Source of the DNA: Lingula anatina
Taxonomy: Eukaryota; Animalia; Brachiopoda
Direction of reading: 5' to 3'
DNA: 64,000 nucleotides
Assembly (NCBI GenBank): GCA_051362555.1
Contig: CM120645.1
Location: 11,594,001 to 11,658,000, forward strand
Position 1 is the first letter of the stretch, and every line of letters starts with the position of its first letter. Positions 1 to 13,635 of this stretch are shown here, one piece after another. Below the pieces are notes generated by a model, which was given only the letters and a program-made list of their open reading frames with translations, was not told the origin of the DNA and did no database searches. Position numbers and translations under genes: made by a program.

Positions 1-215
1 TCTATATAAAGGCTACGATCTTGTTACATAACTGATGGCATTCCACTAGATCATGCAGCATTACCACTTTTTCTCAGAGTATATTTATATAATATATTCA
101 CATATGCATTCACATGTGTACACAGTTGGGGACTAGAACCAGATGGGAACCGTACGTTATTACTGGAAAATGTGAGAAGTTAATCAGTTCGTTAGGCAAA
201 AGCACATGTTACATG

Positions 216-560
216 TACAGTGTAACTCACTTTGCGTTGTAGACGATCTAGGTCTGCAGTTTTTGTGGAATAACTTATCAGCACTATGGAGTAGCCTGCT
301 TTTTACTTTTGTTGCTATCATTCAATAAGAAATTCTTATTTTAAACATTATTACTCAATAATACAGTATCTGTACAATTCACAATTTTGCATTGAAAAGA
401 TCGATTAATTACAGTATTCTATTTTACTGTCATATTAAATATAATATAAAAGACCTCTGAGGTTACAATGTAATTCACTTTCCATTTGGGAACGATCAGC
501 TGCTTTTATGGAGTCATATAACCAAAGTAATCAGTATTATTTTTATTTTTGCTGTCTTTA
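216..560. repeat. Degenerate tandem repeat, about 3 units of roughly 120-130 bp
   Basis: ACAGTGTAACTCACTTTGCGTTG..ACGATC..CTGCAGTTTTTGTGGA (about 217-270) recurs as ACAATGTAATTCACTTTCCATTTG..ACGATCAGCTGCTTTTATGGA (about 465-512). A weaker middle copy lies near 370-430. Judged by eye only. Confidence 0.4.
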
Positions 561-3162
561 TGAGCTGATTACATATTAGTAGACAGAATCCAAAACTTTG
601 TCGAAAGCAATATATATATCACCCCTCTCTCTCTCTCGCTGTTTGTGTATGTGTGTGGTTGGTAGGGTCTTGTGCATATAATGGATGTACAGAATTAAGG
701 CGTGCTTTTAGTAATATATATCATGGTATCTATGACCATAATCAAAATGCATATGTTGTATTTTGAGAAGCATCTTCATTTGTTTCCGAGTCTAGTAAGG
801 CACACCTGTCGACAAGACGCTGCCTTGGTTTTAGAGTCTGTTTCAGATGTTCAAGACTTCTTGTTATATCATCGGTTCTCGCCTTCTTCACCTGGGATCT
901 CTTTCACTTAGGAGCTACAGCCATTTAACTGCTTTTAACGTTTATATGGAAAATTCTGTCCACTTTCAAATATTGCTGGTAGTACTCCAATTAAATGTAA
1001 TGTTGCACCTGTTTTATTACAGGAGTCAGATGGCTAATGTTTCAGAACAATACTTATTGTATTTTAGAATAATATGAGTTTACTCCTATCTTGAACCGAA
1101 TTTGATCAAAATTTGGGTCCAAAAATCTGGACCAATATCTCGACTATAGCCGTGTCGGGAACCTAGACGTTTTTGGACTGAAGAGAAAACGGTTCTTGGG
1201 AATTTTTTTTGTGTGTGTTCTGGAAAGAAACGGTAACACTGTAAGATGAGGGTGAATTAATAGGCCCACTCACATACACATTAAAGAGACTTTTGGCATT
1301 GATAAATGGCAATGATAATAATAGATGATAATTTGGATGATCCAGCACCACCCTTTGCGCTTTTTTCCAATCCCCGTACGTCTAGGGACCATCTCTCGAC
1401 AACAGAATCCTTGCCTTTTCAGGTGGTTCACAGGTGTGAACATCCGATTTAAGCAACACTTAACCCCTTCGACTCCCCACGCGTTTTTTATTTGCCACCA
1501 ATACATGAAAACATTGATATTCTCCAAGTAAAAGGTACATTTCTAAATCTAGAAACTAGATGATTATTACCGCATGACCGTGTAATGTTTATAAAGGTCG
1601 ATGTGTGAGGCACAACCCTTTTGGAATATTCGTGTGATATTTGGCAGTTTTTTTTTTTTTTTTTGTTTTTTTTTTGTATTTGGAAACCAATAAAAAGACC
1701 TATTTCTCGTTATAGTATTTTTTGACGTACATCACCGATTCTTTGAAATGTCAAAGATTTCATTGTTTGTTTTAGGTTATCTTTTGTGCCATAAGCCATG
1801 TTTTAGCGTTAATAATCTTTCTTTTTTAAACATTCTGAAGCTAGCATACTGGCACCTTTTGTATTATTTCTCTCGTAGTTTATCTCCCTCTGGTGACAAA
1901 ACACATAAGAATGCATTGTACAAAATCATGTGTTAAAAATTCAAGCATCAATCAAAAATTCTCATTTTGGTAATATTCGAAAGTGGAAACAACGTAGGAG
2001 TGATAATGCTTAAGTCCCCAGAGAAACACCTCGTGTATATATTTATAGAGAGAGTCATACGCCGGAGTGCAATCTCGTGTCTCGGCGCTTCTGTTTGATC
2101 AATCAAACAAAGCATGCCGTTGTGTTAATCAAAGACCGGGATTACTTTGGCATCGTCTCTTTGATAGTATGTCATCAAAACACTAAAACTGTTTTAGAAA
2201 CAAAAATTTTATAGTCTCGCATAACCCCAATTAGCTGTGTGCTATCTCGGATGTCTCCATTAATTATTTTGGCATTTTTAGTTAGTCTTCTATGTTATAT
2301 GTCAAGAAAGATGTGAAAGAATCCATGAATTTATTACTTGTATAAGGTTGCTAAGTTTTGAAATATTTCAACTCTTTATAGTTTGCACCATATTAATGAA
2401 AACCCAAATCAAATTCTCATAAGATTTTCCACCCATCAATATTTTGAAAGGTAAAGCCACAAACATTCAACAGCTCAATGATTAGTCGGGCCGTTTGACA
2501 ATATTGTAGATAAGCAGACCCATTTGGACTGATGTTGTCTGGTGGCCTGAAGACGCAATTTTAGCCAATTCCAGACGACAGTCGCCGTCGTCAGAACGGA
2601 TGAGTAACCAATTTGACAGCTCAATCATGACGTCACGTGGCCCATGACTTGGATGGGGCAGGATTTCGACTCTCGCCTTTGCAATGGGAGTAATGTAGAG
2701 CCTAGAAAGAAATGAGCATTTTTTACAGCCGAAGTGATAAGCACACGTTTTCACGCCAATTTTAGCTAGATAGCATATGATAGAGAACCAAAGGGAATGC
2801 AGTTTGCTTTAGTAACGCCTAAAAATGTTTATCGACTATCCATGAGTATTTTTACTGGAGCGCTGCTTAAGTTCTCAAGATCTACCAGAGAGCTTGGCCA
2901 AACCAAGCGACAGCACCGTTCTAATTTCTTTTGTAGTATAATGTTCTCATTTGCAGTCGCTTTCATATCCGAAAAGTTTCATATTATCATGCTTTTAGAT
3001 TTACCCTTAATACTAACCATGGTGCGAAACCATGAATATCTTAACACGTGTAGGCCTACATGTAGATGATAATGTTTTCATAGAATCATTACTAAAAAAC
3101 TGAAATGTACCACGAGGACACCCCCCCCCCAAAAAAAAAAAGACACAGCATACTTTGACTGT

Positions 3163-3181
3163 TATAATAATAATAATAATA

Positions 3182-3220
<39 letters not shown>

Positions 3221-3222
3221 AT
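3163..3222. repeat. Head-to-head (TAA)n/(TTA)n microsatellite, self-complementary
   Basis: An ATA/TAA run switches directly into a TTA run. It explains the poly-Ile pseudo-ORF at 3013..3225. Confidence 0.95.
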
Positions 3223-3477
3223 CATCTATTATTGCATTGCAAATTCTATTCAAAATCTCAATGCACCTATTTATGAGCTGAAATTATAAATTGCTAATTA
3301 AAAGCCTAATCGTTTTTCATTTTTAGTCGAAGAGTTACCGATTATGGTCAAGAATGGAACACTTCAATGTGCCATTTCAAAGGCATTTCAATAGGGCTTA
3401 TCGTATGGTGAATTTTGAAAAGAAAAACAACTTTAAAAAACATCGAAGAGTACGTATTAAGTATTTCCCCCAGTTCC

Positions 3478-3515
3478 TTTGTGATATACGATATACGAGA
3501 ATCGTATATCACAAA
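3478..3515. repeat. Perfect 15-bp inverted repeat with 8-nt loop
   Basis: TTTGTGATATACGAT-atacgaga-ATCGTATATCACAAA, embedded in local GATATACGA(GAAT) direct repeats. Confidence 0.9.
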
Positions 3516-6500
3516 CGATATACGAGAATTACAATACTTGGGTTTATCTAGGAGTTACATGTATGACACTCCTTGGGTTTATCTAACACAGACAATACGG
3601 CAAATCAGTTGTAGGTGACTTGATCTTGAATTGTTAAGAAAAAATTGAATCGATTTATGGCGGAAACAACAGGGCATGCGTTTATTTATGCATAACAGTT
3701 AACCCATTATCATATTATCACTGCAATATGGGCCCCATAGAACCCCGAATTCAGAAAAAAAAAAACACGTCGTTGGAAACAAATTTGCCCGGGCGCAATC
3801 CTGAAGAAGCATTTACATGGCGCTGTAGTGATCCCGTTAAGAACGAATTACATGTAAGTTTCTATAACAAAGAACAAGCTATTGCGACGGCTTTCAGGTG
3901 AACTGAGATCCAAAGGCAGACAAATTGAGAAGAAAAACAACCCTGAGATAAGGTGTCCGGTCATTGGTTTCAGGACAACCTTATCAGCTAGTAAAATGAA
4001 TTCTTGGGAGGTTTCAGCGGCCTCAGCCTAGCCATATCCGCGATATCGTTCCCAGAGGTTTAACCAAGAAAGCCCGAGTGGTGTAATTCAGGCTTAACTT
4101 AATATACATACGATGTACCGAGTTTTATTAGACTGTACATCTCTTTAAACGCTACAACTAACATGTAAGTGGTCCGAGGGAGTTAAGACTACGTTCAACG
4201 CGTTCGCAGCATTCACTGGACCGTTATGATGGCATTCTCGTCTGCTTGGTTTACGGCAATTGTTTAGTCTGGTTATTGACGTTGATGACAATCAATCTAG
4301 GTGATCGTAATTTTACTTGCTGTGACCCATAAGTTTAGACAGTTACTGAAAGAGTCTACACAGCGCGTGTTCATTCAACCAAGTCCTAGGTACCTGCGGT
4401 TTGCCAGCATAACTTGTATTCCAAAGTGATTCTATGTTTTTTGTTTATCGTGTTTGTAACAGTTGAAGAACACCTGAGCACCAAATAGATTGGTAGTCAA
4501 ACTGTGAAGAGAGCCTGGAAGTGCTTAGATCTGGTAGTCGGACTTATTGACAACTTTGTACCATCTGCCCATAAACGCTTTCACGGTTGAATATCAGACG
4601 CCTAATCTGTTGGAACCAGCGCTGCTTTCCAAGTCAAGAACTTTACCAATACTAAGAATAACACGTCCGAGATTAATTTTCAATATAAAAAATATTCTCC
4701 ATCAATATTCCTCCGTCTGTTTTTCCAATTATTGATTTAAAATGGCTTGTACATAACCATCTATGGTCTCTGAGGTACCCCTTTGGAGTACTTTTGGATG
4801 CTGACTCATATTGGTTGTTTGGATGCTTTGTGTTCAAACCGTGTTCGCATAGACCGAGTCAGGTTCGGTCTGAATGACATTACCACTCCAGCGTCCAATC
4901 CGAAAAAAAATATCCAATTTTGTGTGTTCGACAAAACAGAAAACTTAAAGAGTGCGGCAATAGCCGTAGTGGTACCATCGTCATTGTCATTTCAAGATGA
5001 TAATTTTATGATTTATTTCATGCTAAGTATACATGTACGGCTCTTTGGGACTGTCAAAATATCTGAGAATAATGGCTTCATTCTATCTTGTCAGCCCTTT
5101 TTTCCTTCCACTGACAACTGTTGTTCCTGAATCAGAATGTCTCCAAATGGGGCCACCCCATTGTGTTCTCCTCCTCCAAAGAGTTTGGGGGGGGGGGGAT
5201 ATTTTGATGACTTAACTGGGCGAAACAAAGTCTGGTCGCACATATATCAATACGGTCCCTTTCAAGCAGTCTGATCCCATATGGGAAGACCATCACCATT
5301 TAAAGTGTAAAAACAGAACCAAATGCGTCCCCGTGCTAGATAGACTCAGTGCCATCGCTTCGATCCCATTCAGTGCTGCTTTCGTCATTTAGGCGGAATC
5401 AAATTCGATCCACCTTAGCGCTGTGGAAACTGTTGCCTGTACCATTTGCTGCGTTCTACTCTCCAGACACTTACAGACTTAATTACTTACGCGAAAACAA
5501 TCACAATTTACAGACGCTTTGTTCGTTGCAGACAGCTGTGGCTCGTGGTAGGCTGTCTGTGCCATGGAATTGCCAACAACTTTCGATCGCATTGTAATAT
5601 GCTTCTCTAACATTAAAGTACTCAAAATGAAACGGTCCATCGTTTATTACATATTAAGGGTGCTTTGTGAAATGATAAGGCAAATTTCAATGTATTAATT
5701 GATGTTGTTGTGTTCTAAATACTTCATTTATCTTAGCATTCAATTTCCTCGGTTTAAGGAATGGTTAAATATTATGAATTTATCTATAGGAATTAAGCAA
5801 TTTCTTTCTTTCATAGGGGATGATGGACAAACATAATAAAAACGTAAACGCAACAGTAGTTTTCGCTTTACAGAGCAGGGGATAGTACGGGTATATGCAT
5901 GTAAATGTATTGTTTGCTTATTCATCCCTTTAAATGGAATGGACTTCCATACTAAAATGTATTTAATTCGTGAAATTTTTGTTTCTTCAGAAGAAGACAA
6001 ATTAACAGTTCTAAAAAATATTAAGAATTACTCTTTTTTTTTGTAAAAGATGTTGTTTTGCATGTCGAAAATAAAGCTCATTTTATAGTTTTCAAGCAGT
6101 GCAAAATGATTTGCTGTAATTCCATAAAAAGAAAATGCAATTAATCATTTTAGATGATTCAGGTTAGAATGATTTTCTTATTTTTAAACATTGGGCGAGG
6201 TATGATTTATTTCTCAGCAGGGCTGGTGCAACGACAACTCTCTCCTTATAACGAAGATCAAACTTTAATGATGCTCTGAATTAGAATAATGAAAAATGGC
6301 CTGTCATGACATTCGCTAACAGTCTGTCGTGACATTTATACATGTTGTATTTTTAGTCTCAACGAAAGTGTAAAAGTATTGAACGCATTCGTCACGTTAA
6401 AAGATATCCTTTTTGATAATGCATGACATTTGTTACTCAGCGAAAGAGAAAAACACTCTATTAAATTCTGACCTTGATCGTCGTCTATTTCAAGGTTTGG

Positions 6501-6989
6501 GGCAGTGACCGGCATTTAGACTTATTTTTAAAATCACAGGCGAAGCGGTCCATTAGGCTAAATGGCATTGGTAGGAAGCAAATGATATATCCTGTTCATA
6601 TACGTTTCTTCTTCAGCTCTTACAGAGCAAACTTTATTAATTGGTTGATAAATAGAGTAATTATTTGGCCTATTGTTTTTTAAATCTACAGACTTGACAT
6701 TTAATATGGAATATTTTTTTCCAAGTAATTTTTTATCGTTTTTTTCCTATTTTGCTGACTGATAAATGAAAATAAGGATTAAAATCGTGTTTTAATAACT
6801 TTAAATTATCGCTTTGATGTCATTGGGACATCAATTCATTAATGGAATTCGCCAGAGAAGCAAACAAAAACACATTGCCTATTCTATGCCATACGACTTC
6901 CATTAAAAGAGATATTTTGGATCTCCATATTTTCCAAATGATCTTCTGTAAAAGAGTTATACGCTCCATAAAAGACCCTCATGTCAATT

Positions 6990-7973
6990 GCTAGTCACAA
7001 GAATGGTCGCTGTTACGCCTGGCCTCTTCTGGCTGTTGCCAGCTCTCTCAAGCGGCAAGGCATTCCTTGGGGTAGGTTTTTAGAGTTCAATCGGGAATAA
7101 TATTCTAGGCATCGGTCTAAAATTGTCCAATCTGGTCCAGTTTTGTTGTAGGACATGTAGGCAGTTGATTCGGCGAGTAATGGCCTACCGAAATATTGCC
7201 TATGTGGTTCAAATGTGGCGATTTTGATGACCAGGGTAGCTGCTCATTCCCTTGGTTCTGTAAGTTATCTGCTATTAAAAGTGCTCTGTGTGAACCGGCA
7301 ACCTCACCGTGCAACCTAAAATCGTTCCTAAGGTGCCCCCTATCAAATGATAGTCAAGTGGTTCCGAGATTATTTCTTAATTTGATCTGGTTCAGGTTTT
7401 CGTCGATGACTACCATTGGTGTTTTGGCACCAATGTGGTATCCACTCCAAATACTGACGCTGTCAATCACCCTTGTCACTTTAGACCCGGCATATGCTTC
7501 GTCGTAGGTCTCTTCTGGATATCTGTAAACTCTGTTTTGACTAATTGGGCGGTACAGGTGAAATCTGACCTCAATAAAGAAAGCCACGCAGTTTCAGTGT
7601 TCTACCCAGAAACGGCCATGGCCCCCAATTCATTAGAGAAACAGACGACGATGTTTTGCTGTTTACATTGGGTGCCTCGGAGGTCGTTTGGTGTTCTTAC
7701 CTGCTAAAACCAGTTTGGTGTTCGCTAAGGGCTTTGAAAAACGCATTTTGGTGGCAATTTACCCCTCGTTCTGAACGGACTAAGTGTTTTTTGTTTAGTT
7801 GCAGCAGCGTATCCCGAAAGACAGTGGGTCCTGTACCCTGTAGGTAAGATTTTGATACATTGGGGGTGACCTCTGTGTAGGTGCATCAGTCTGGGCATTA
7901 CTCTATAAAACTGTGGGGACCGTTCCGTTTGGCGCTATGATCTGTCTGGTAATGTCTGTCTTTTTCGCGCCAT
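6990..7973 (-). mobile_element. Decayed Tc1/mariner-superfamily (Tc1-type) transposase pseudogene
   Basis: Minus-strand fragments in different frames follow the Tc1 motif order. FFIEVRFHLY..RVYR resembles FSDESRF..RVxR; SVSIWSG..KTPMVVIDENLN resembles SVMVWG..TPLVVIDGNLN; SHRALLIADNLQNQGNEQLPWSSKSPHLNHIG resembles PHRAR..LPWPSKSPDLNPIE; MPCRLRELATARRG resembles SMPRR..AVIAARGG. Possible start MARKR at 7973. Frameshifts, stops and eroded DDE residues; TIRs not located. Confidence 0.85.
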
Positions 7974-10050
7974 TCTGCCATAGATTAACAAATTTGTAAT
8001 GCACTACTTGACTCATCTTACGCACTGCAAAACTGACCGCTTGCATGCAAAATTTCAAATTCTTCTATGCAGTGGTTGCCGACATATGGGTACTTTTTTG
8101 ACAGAACCAAGCTTTGCCTAAGCCAAGCTTTGACCAGCCTAAAGGAACACTACCCAACTAAATCACTACATATTACATAATTCAGCAGCGCAACAGACAT
8201 GAAAGCCAGTTAAATGGTAGCGACACACCTGACTACACACTTCTCCATTCACAGATCTTATATGAGATCGGAGTTTTTTGAAAAAAGAACGCATTTTTAC
8301 CTAGACATACCTTCGAAACTGAAATATTCCATATTAAATGTCAAGTCTGTAAATCAGGGGTTTACTTCACATTCAATTGAAATCTCAAAAAAAAAAAAAA
8401 ATAAATAAAAAAAAAAAAAACCGGAAGTTTTGCACAATGTCGCATTTTGCATGCTGTGGACCTATCCGTATATAGTAGGCAATACCATTGATCACCCATA
8501 CTCATACTAATTTACAGATGGAAAATAATATCACCTATAGCGCCATATCTGCGATAACAAAAAAACAAAAATGGCACTCAGTCCTCTAGAATGTATTCAC
8601 TGAATATTCCAGCACCTGCTGAGTGATATTAAGCATGATAACATCCAATATCTAACCCTATTCTTTCTAAAAGGACAGGTTCACCGACCCTCCGGGCACG
8701 GCGAGATAGAGATCTAGAACCACTTCTTCAGGACTTGTTGTCGTTCAAACATGCAAGCAGAAGCGTGAGATCCACGAAAGAAAACACTTCAAGGTTTTTT
8801 TGTTGCTTATTAGAATGCATGATGACTGCGTTTGGTCTAGCTGGTTTTGATACATTTTCTGTCCTTTGGCGATTTGTCAGTGAACTGTTTTATGTAAAAT
8901 CCATTAAGGGACAGTGACTGAGGTCGAAGTTTAGACAATGCGCACTGTTTATTCTGGCATACTATGGGGTTACCCTCTACCAGGGCGACAGATTGATTTT
9001 TCACAGATATTCACAAATATGTCTTTAGATAAATAGACAATCATTTTGGTTTGATGTCGCCTCAGCGAAAAAAGTCCACAATGATAACTGCGGCCGTGGT
9101 AGAGGGTACTACGGGGTCATCCATTTTCGGCACCATTTTATAAGTCGACAAACTGTGTACGGTGGGGGTGGGGGGAGGGGGTATTAATGCTCTTTGTACG
9201 CCCTTGAAAATAAAAATAATAAAACTGATGATCCAAATTGCTATCAGAGGCCATTATTTTTAGCTTTTCAGTCAGTACTCTCTAATGGGGGTGGGGGTGG
9301 AAAAATCTGCTCTCTGTAGCCTAGTGTAAATGGTAATAAAATATTTAAATTGTTAGCATTGGATTCAATGTTATTATAACGCACTAAGTCTAACACCCGG
9401 CCCCAGTAAAACAATGCTTATTATTTACAGAAGAAACAAGTAAATAAATCAGCTATCGATTATCTATTTGGTCTTTTTTGCTTGTGTGCTTTTTATAGAT
9501 CTACCCTTACAGTTTTTTATTTGAATATAATAAGCAATAAAAAAGCATGGTCAGTTACATCACACAAATCCTCAGGTTGAAAATTGAAGCCCTGAATGTT
9601 GTAATTTATATTGGTAGCACCAAAGTTACACGGATTCTGTTTACTTGTACACTGGATAAAGCTATAAACGTCGTTATTTACATTGCATGGGAAAAATGCG
9701 CACCACAGTGCTATTTAAGCATTTACTGTAAAATGTTGCCATCAATGAATGCTATTGTACTGCAGTTGACCATAAGGCTTTAACGTGTGATCGCCCTTGT
9801 TTACAGAATAATTGCTCTTGCTTAATGATATTTGGATTAACCATTTGGAGTACCAATATAAAACGAATTATGGTCTATTCTGCACTCTGAGGTATGGGTT
9901 CTATAAACCACTTATAGTACACTTCAATTCACCAGTGCTATTTATTCTAAATAAGTTAACGTGGATACGCAGCAGGAAGGTGTGTCGAAACGTTTTGACT
10001 GTTTATAGGTTTAAGACGCGCTGGCTGCGTTGGTAATGTTTCACATGTTT

Positions 10051-10181
10051 TCTTTCTCCATCCCCCATTTCTCCCTCTCTCCCTCTCTCTCTCTTTCTCA
10101 CTCTCTCTTTATTCTTCTTCATCTTTTTTTCCCTCTTTTTCTCCGTCTTTCCCCCCTCTCTTTGCTCTCTCTTTTCTCTCT
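10051..10181. repeat. Degenerate CT-rich (polypyrimidine) tract
   Basis: About 130 nt of almost only C and T. Confidence 0.85.
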
Positions 10182-11255
10182 GTCATACCAAAACACAGAG
10201 AAGTAAAACATGCTCCTCCGGCGGGATCTTCAATATCTTCGAATGTAAAACATTTTGTGTTACATCACATTCTGTTTAATTTTGCAGCGCGAGGTGTTTG
10301 CATTGCAGGACCTCATCTGTGAGAAATACACCAAGACATGTACGGGCCCACGGGATCCCCATAGCCACCGACGTTTGCTGAAAATGAATCTGTTGTATAG
10401 CGGATTCATAAATTAATTTCCTATCCTAACACAAACTACATGTTAAGTTATTTTAAAGTTCTATTTTATTTTTTAAAACTGTTTCTTAGTGTATGGTCGT
10501 AGCCTGTGTTTCACATGCTGGGAATTCTGAATAAAAATATAGCAAAACTTTTGTAGTGGTTTAGCTTTAACTCTGCGGTTGTACATGTACAACACGTCTT
10601 CATCCTCAAAGCGCGTTTCTAAAATACACTTGCACTGGGCTCGAGCGTCAAACATGTTAAGAAATCTTTTTAATCGTGAAATTACAAAGACAGTTTGCTG
10701 ACAACATGCAATCTTTTTCATCAAAGGAATGGGAGAAAGAAAATTGTACACGCCTTTGCCTCCTAAAATAACCACATTTATCGAACTTTACCCAATCTTC
10801 CTATATCCCGCATTTACATGTAGATACTACATCGCCTTCACTTTTGACTGGTTGAATATTGCGTAGTCTGGGAACTGAAGTCGATTTTGAAGAATAATCA
10901 GCAATAAGAAAGACAGCTGTGAAGGCATCCCCATTCTTTCCCAGACCTTTGGTAAATATGAAGGGATCAATCTTTTAGAAAAAGAAGAAATAACATGTTT
11001 ACGACAATCTTCGATTTTCACAGACATCTCTTCTCTTTCCGTTCGAAATAGAAGCATATCTGTGATTTGTTTAGATAAGCAGGGGCGTTTTTAAGATTTG
11101 AACTCTTCCCCTGAACTGAGTACAGTTTTCCTTAACTTTTGGACGATATATTTCAGTGCGGCTCAACTCGGCGGATCACTTTATTACGATCACTTCATCA
11201 AATACAGCATATCTAATCTCTCCGTCTTCCCGCCCACGGCACTTTGCCTAAGTGA

Positions 11256-11404
11256 CAGGAGTGGCAGTCAGCTAGGAACCGTTGTTCTTTTCCCATGGCC
11301 ATTACTTTGTTTTGTCACCTTGGTCTCATAAAATGACCCAAATAAAGTAATTCCGCTAACCCTAACCTGCACTATAATAATTTGGGACTTCCGTTTCTCG
11401 GACT
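11256..11404 (+). repeat. Short dispersed repeat, copy 1 (unclassified, probably a non-autonomous transposon relic)
   Basis: CAGGAGTGGCAGTCAGCTAGGAACCGTTGTTCTTTTCCCA...GCTAACCCTA...ACTTCCGTTTCTCGGACT aligns with the reverse complement of 20686..20806. Confidence 0.7.
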
Positions 11405-13635
11405 GGTACCATTTCTGTCACATGTGCCGTCTGACTGACTTTGTTTCTCTGACTAACGTCACACTTAATGTCTGCTGAGATGAGCCGTGCCCAGTTGGGC
11501 TGACCCGACGTAAATAGAAACACGCTTTCATCACCTCTATGTTGCTGCTACAGTGTAAAAGATTAAAAAGTGGGAAGCTGAACCGATGTTGCTTTTGATA
11601 ATATATGATGACGGCAAAGAATTTGAGGACGATGGAAATGTTTTTAACTATTGTCATTAAGTCTCTGTATCATTGAAACGACCCATGTATTTATGTATTT
11701 ATCGGTCTGCTTGCCAAACCTCGGGTCCCAGACACTAGTGGTATTGATTTGACATTTAGTAAAGGCTCTTACACTAGAATATTTCTGTCAACATTTGCGT
11801 TTGCATTTTGCTTCAAACTTGGAGAAATATATTGCTATTATTTGTCCATATATTCCATATTAAATATCCGTATTTTCAGGGGATCGAAATCAATAGAAAA
11901 ACGCTCACCGAGTTCGTTAAGAAAAAATAACAACACATGTCATAAACGTAACAAAATCTCTTTGTTAAAACTTATCGTTGGCATAAAACGGGGGTGCATA
12001 TATCACAATGGAACGCCTGCCTCAGTGGCAGGCCATGGGAAGATTAAAATAGAAAATAAACATATAGATGGACTCATAGACGTATAAAAATTGTTAATTA
12101 ATCCCGGACCATCGGAGGTGTCCCAAAAATGTCACCAATTAGACATTGGCACAATTACGTCAAACTAATCAATCAAACAGTCTTTCGTTAATAGTGTCAA
12201 ATTGAACCTACCCACAGAAGTGGCGTCCTTGATTAAAATACTATTCTGTCCTTAATTAAGTACATTATAAATTACTTATTGCATAACAAGTAAATCAGTG
12301 CATACCTTACACAAAATAGAATTGAGTCAATCAACTTAAAACAATGATGCAATCTTTGAATGCTTATAGTCTGCGTGTACTCATAGGTTTTTTTTTCTAT
12401 GCACGAAAACTAGCTGTTCTGGTCTCACCAGGCAATAGTACGCACTGCAATCTACTTTGCAGATTCGACCTTCTTAATTGTTATGACATACGAATACGTT
12501 ATTATTATTAAAGGAGAGCAATTTGCATCGGTTGGTTACACTGGAAGCATTTGGCTTCAACGCGCAATGGAAGTTAAGCAAATACAACACGTGGAGTACA
12601 CTCGTGTTGACCTAGACGATTGATTATGCAATAAGTGCATTTGTATAGCATGCAACGACAGGCTATAGAACTGAAGACTGCGAAATATCACTTGGATGTA
12701 CTTGGATACACCAAAGCTCTGCTTATGTGATCAAACAACACGTTTGTAATACAAAAAAGATGATAAAACAATCAAGCTAGATATCACACTAGCAAAGAGT
12801 ATGTATCATTTTCAATATGAAAGCATAATCGATAGCCGTTAACCAGTTCAGTTAAATACTAATGGAAAAGGCGTCTCACATCCAGCTTTGAGAGCTCCAC
12901 TAACTGACTATATATTTAGCCGATATAATTACCAGCACCACTGAACACGTAAGGCTACTGATAATGGCAAACCCAAGCACTCGGTGCATTATATATACTC
13001 TCAGATATACCATCATAACGGTAATTTTGTAAAATACCATCTGATTGAAAAACCTCAAAACATTCATAAGTATAATTATGAATATGACTTGCATGTACGA
13101 GTATTATACGCTGGCCAGGGAAGCTAGCAATTCATCCTTACCAGTTTGCCCTCATATAAATCTATACATAGGCGAAAAGAACACATGGCGGGGTAGGTGG
13201 CCGGATATTTTCTTTTTATCCAGAGACATTCATAAATTGTCAAATGAGTGGATGAAAAGTAATATGCATTAAATATAAGTGAAAACCACAACAGGTTAAG
13301 TCTAACTTTTGACTTTCTGTGAGGAAGTGACCGACAAAAAGACAAACTGGCAGTGCCGCCCCTGAAATCCAGTGATGGGGTATTTTTGAACCCCTATTCA
13401 GACCCTGAATTGCCCACTTACAAAGTGTAAACATGCTAAACTTTTTCACTCCCTATGAAGTCATATACTCCTTGGTGTCCTTAAACGGAACCTAGGGATC
13501 AGGGTGGAAATTCATTGTTGCGTTTTGCTATATGCTGCATATGCAATGAAAGCCATGCTATCACATAATGGTATAGAACACTGTGCCGTGGCGAAGATAA
13601 CACGGTGTGTGTTTATGGGGGTGGGGGGGGGGGGA

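Noticed and set aside
4500-4960. Possible hAT BED-finger relic on the minus strand (W-x-FFG, TTNMSQH)
   Set aside because: The motifs fall in different frames, the key Cys/His ligands are incomplete and the similarity is too weak to call.
9113-9335. G-rich duplicated motif with weak terminal inverted similarity (GGTCATCCATTTT)
   Set aside because: Probably an old MITE, but the TIRs and TSD are too eroded to define.
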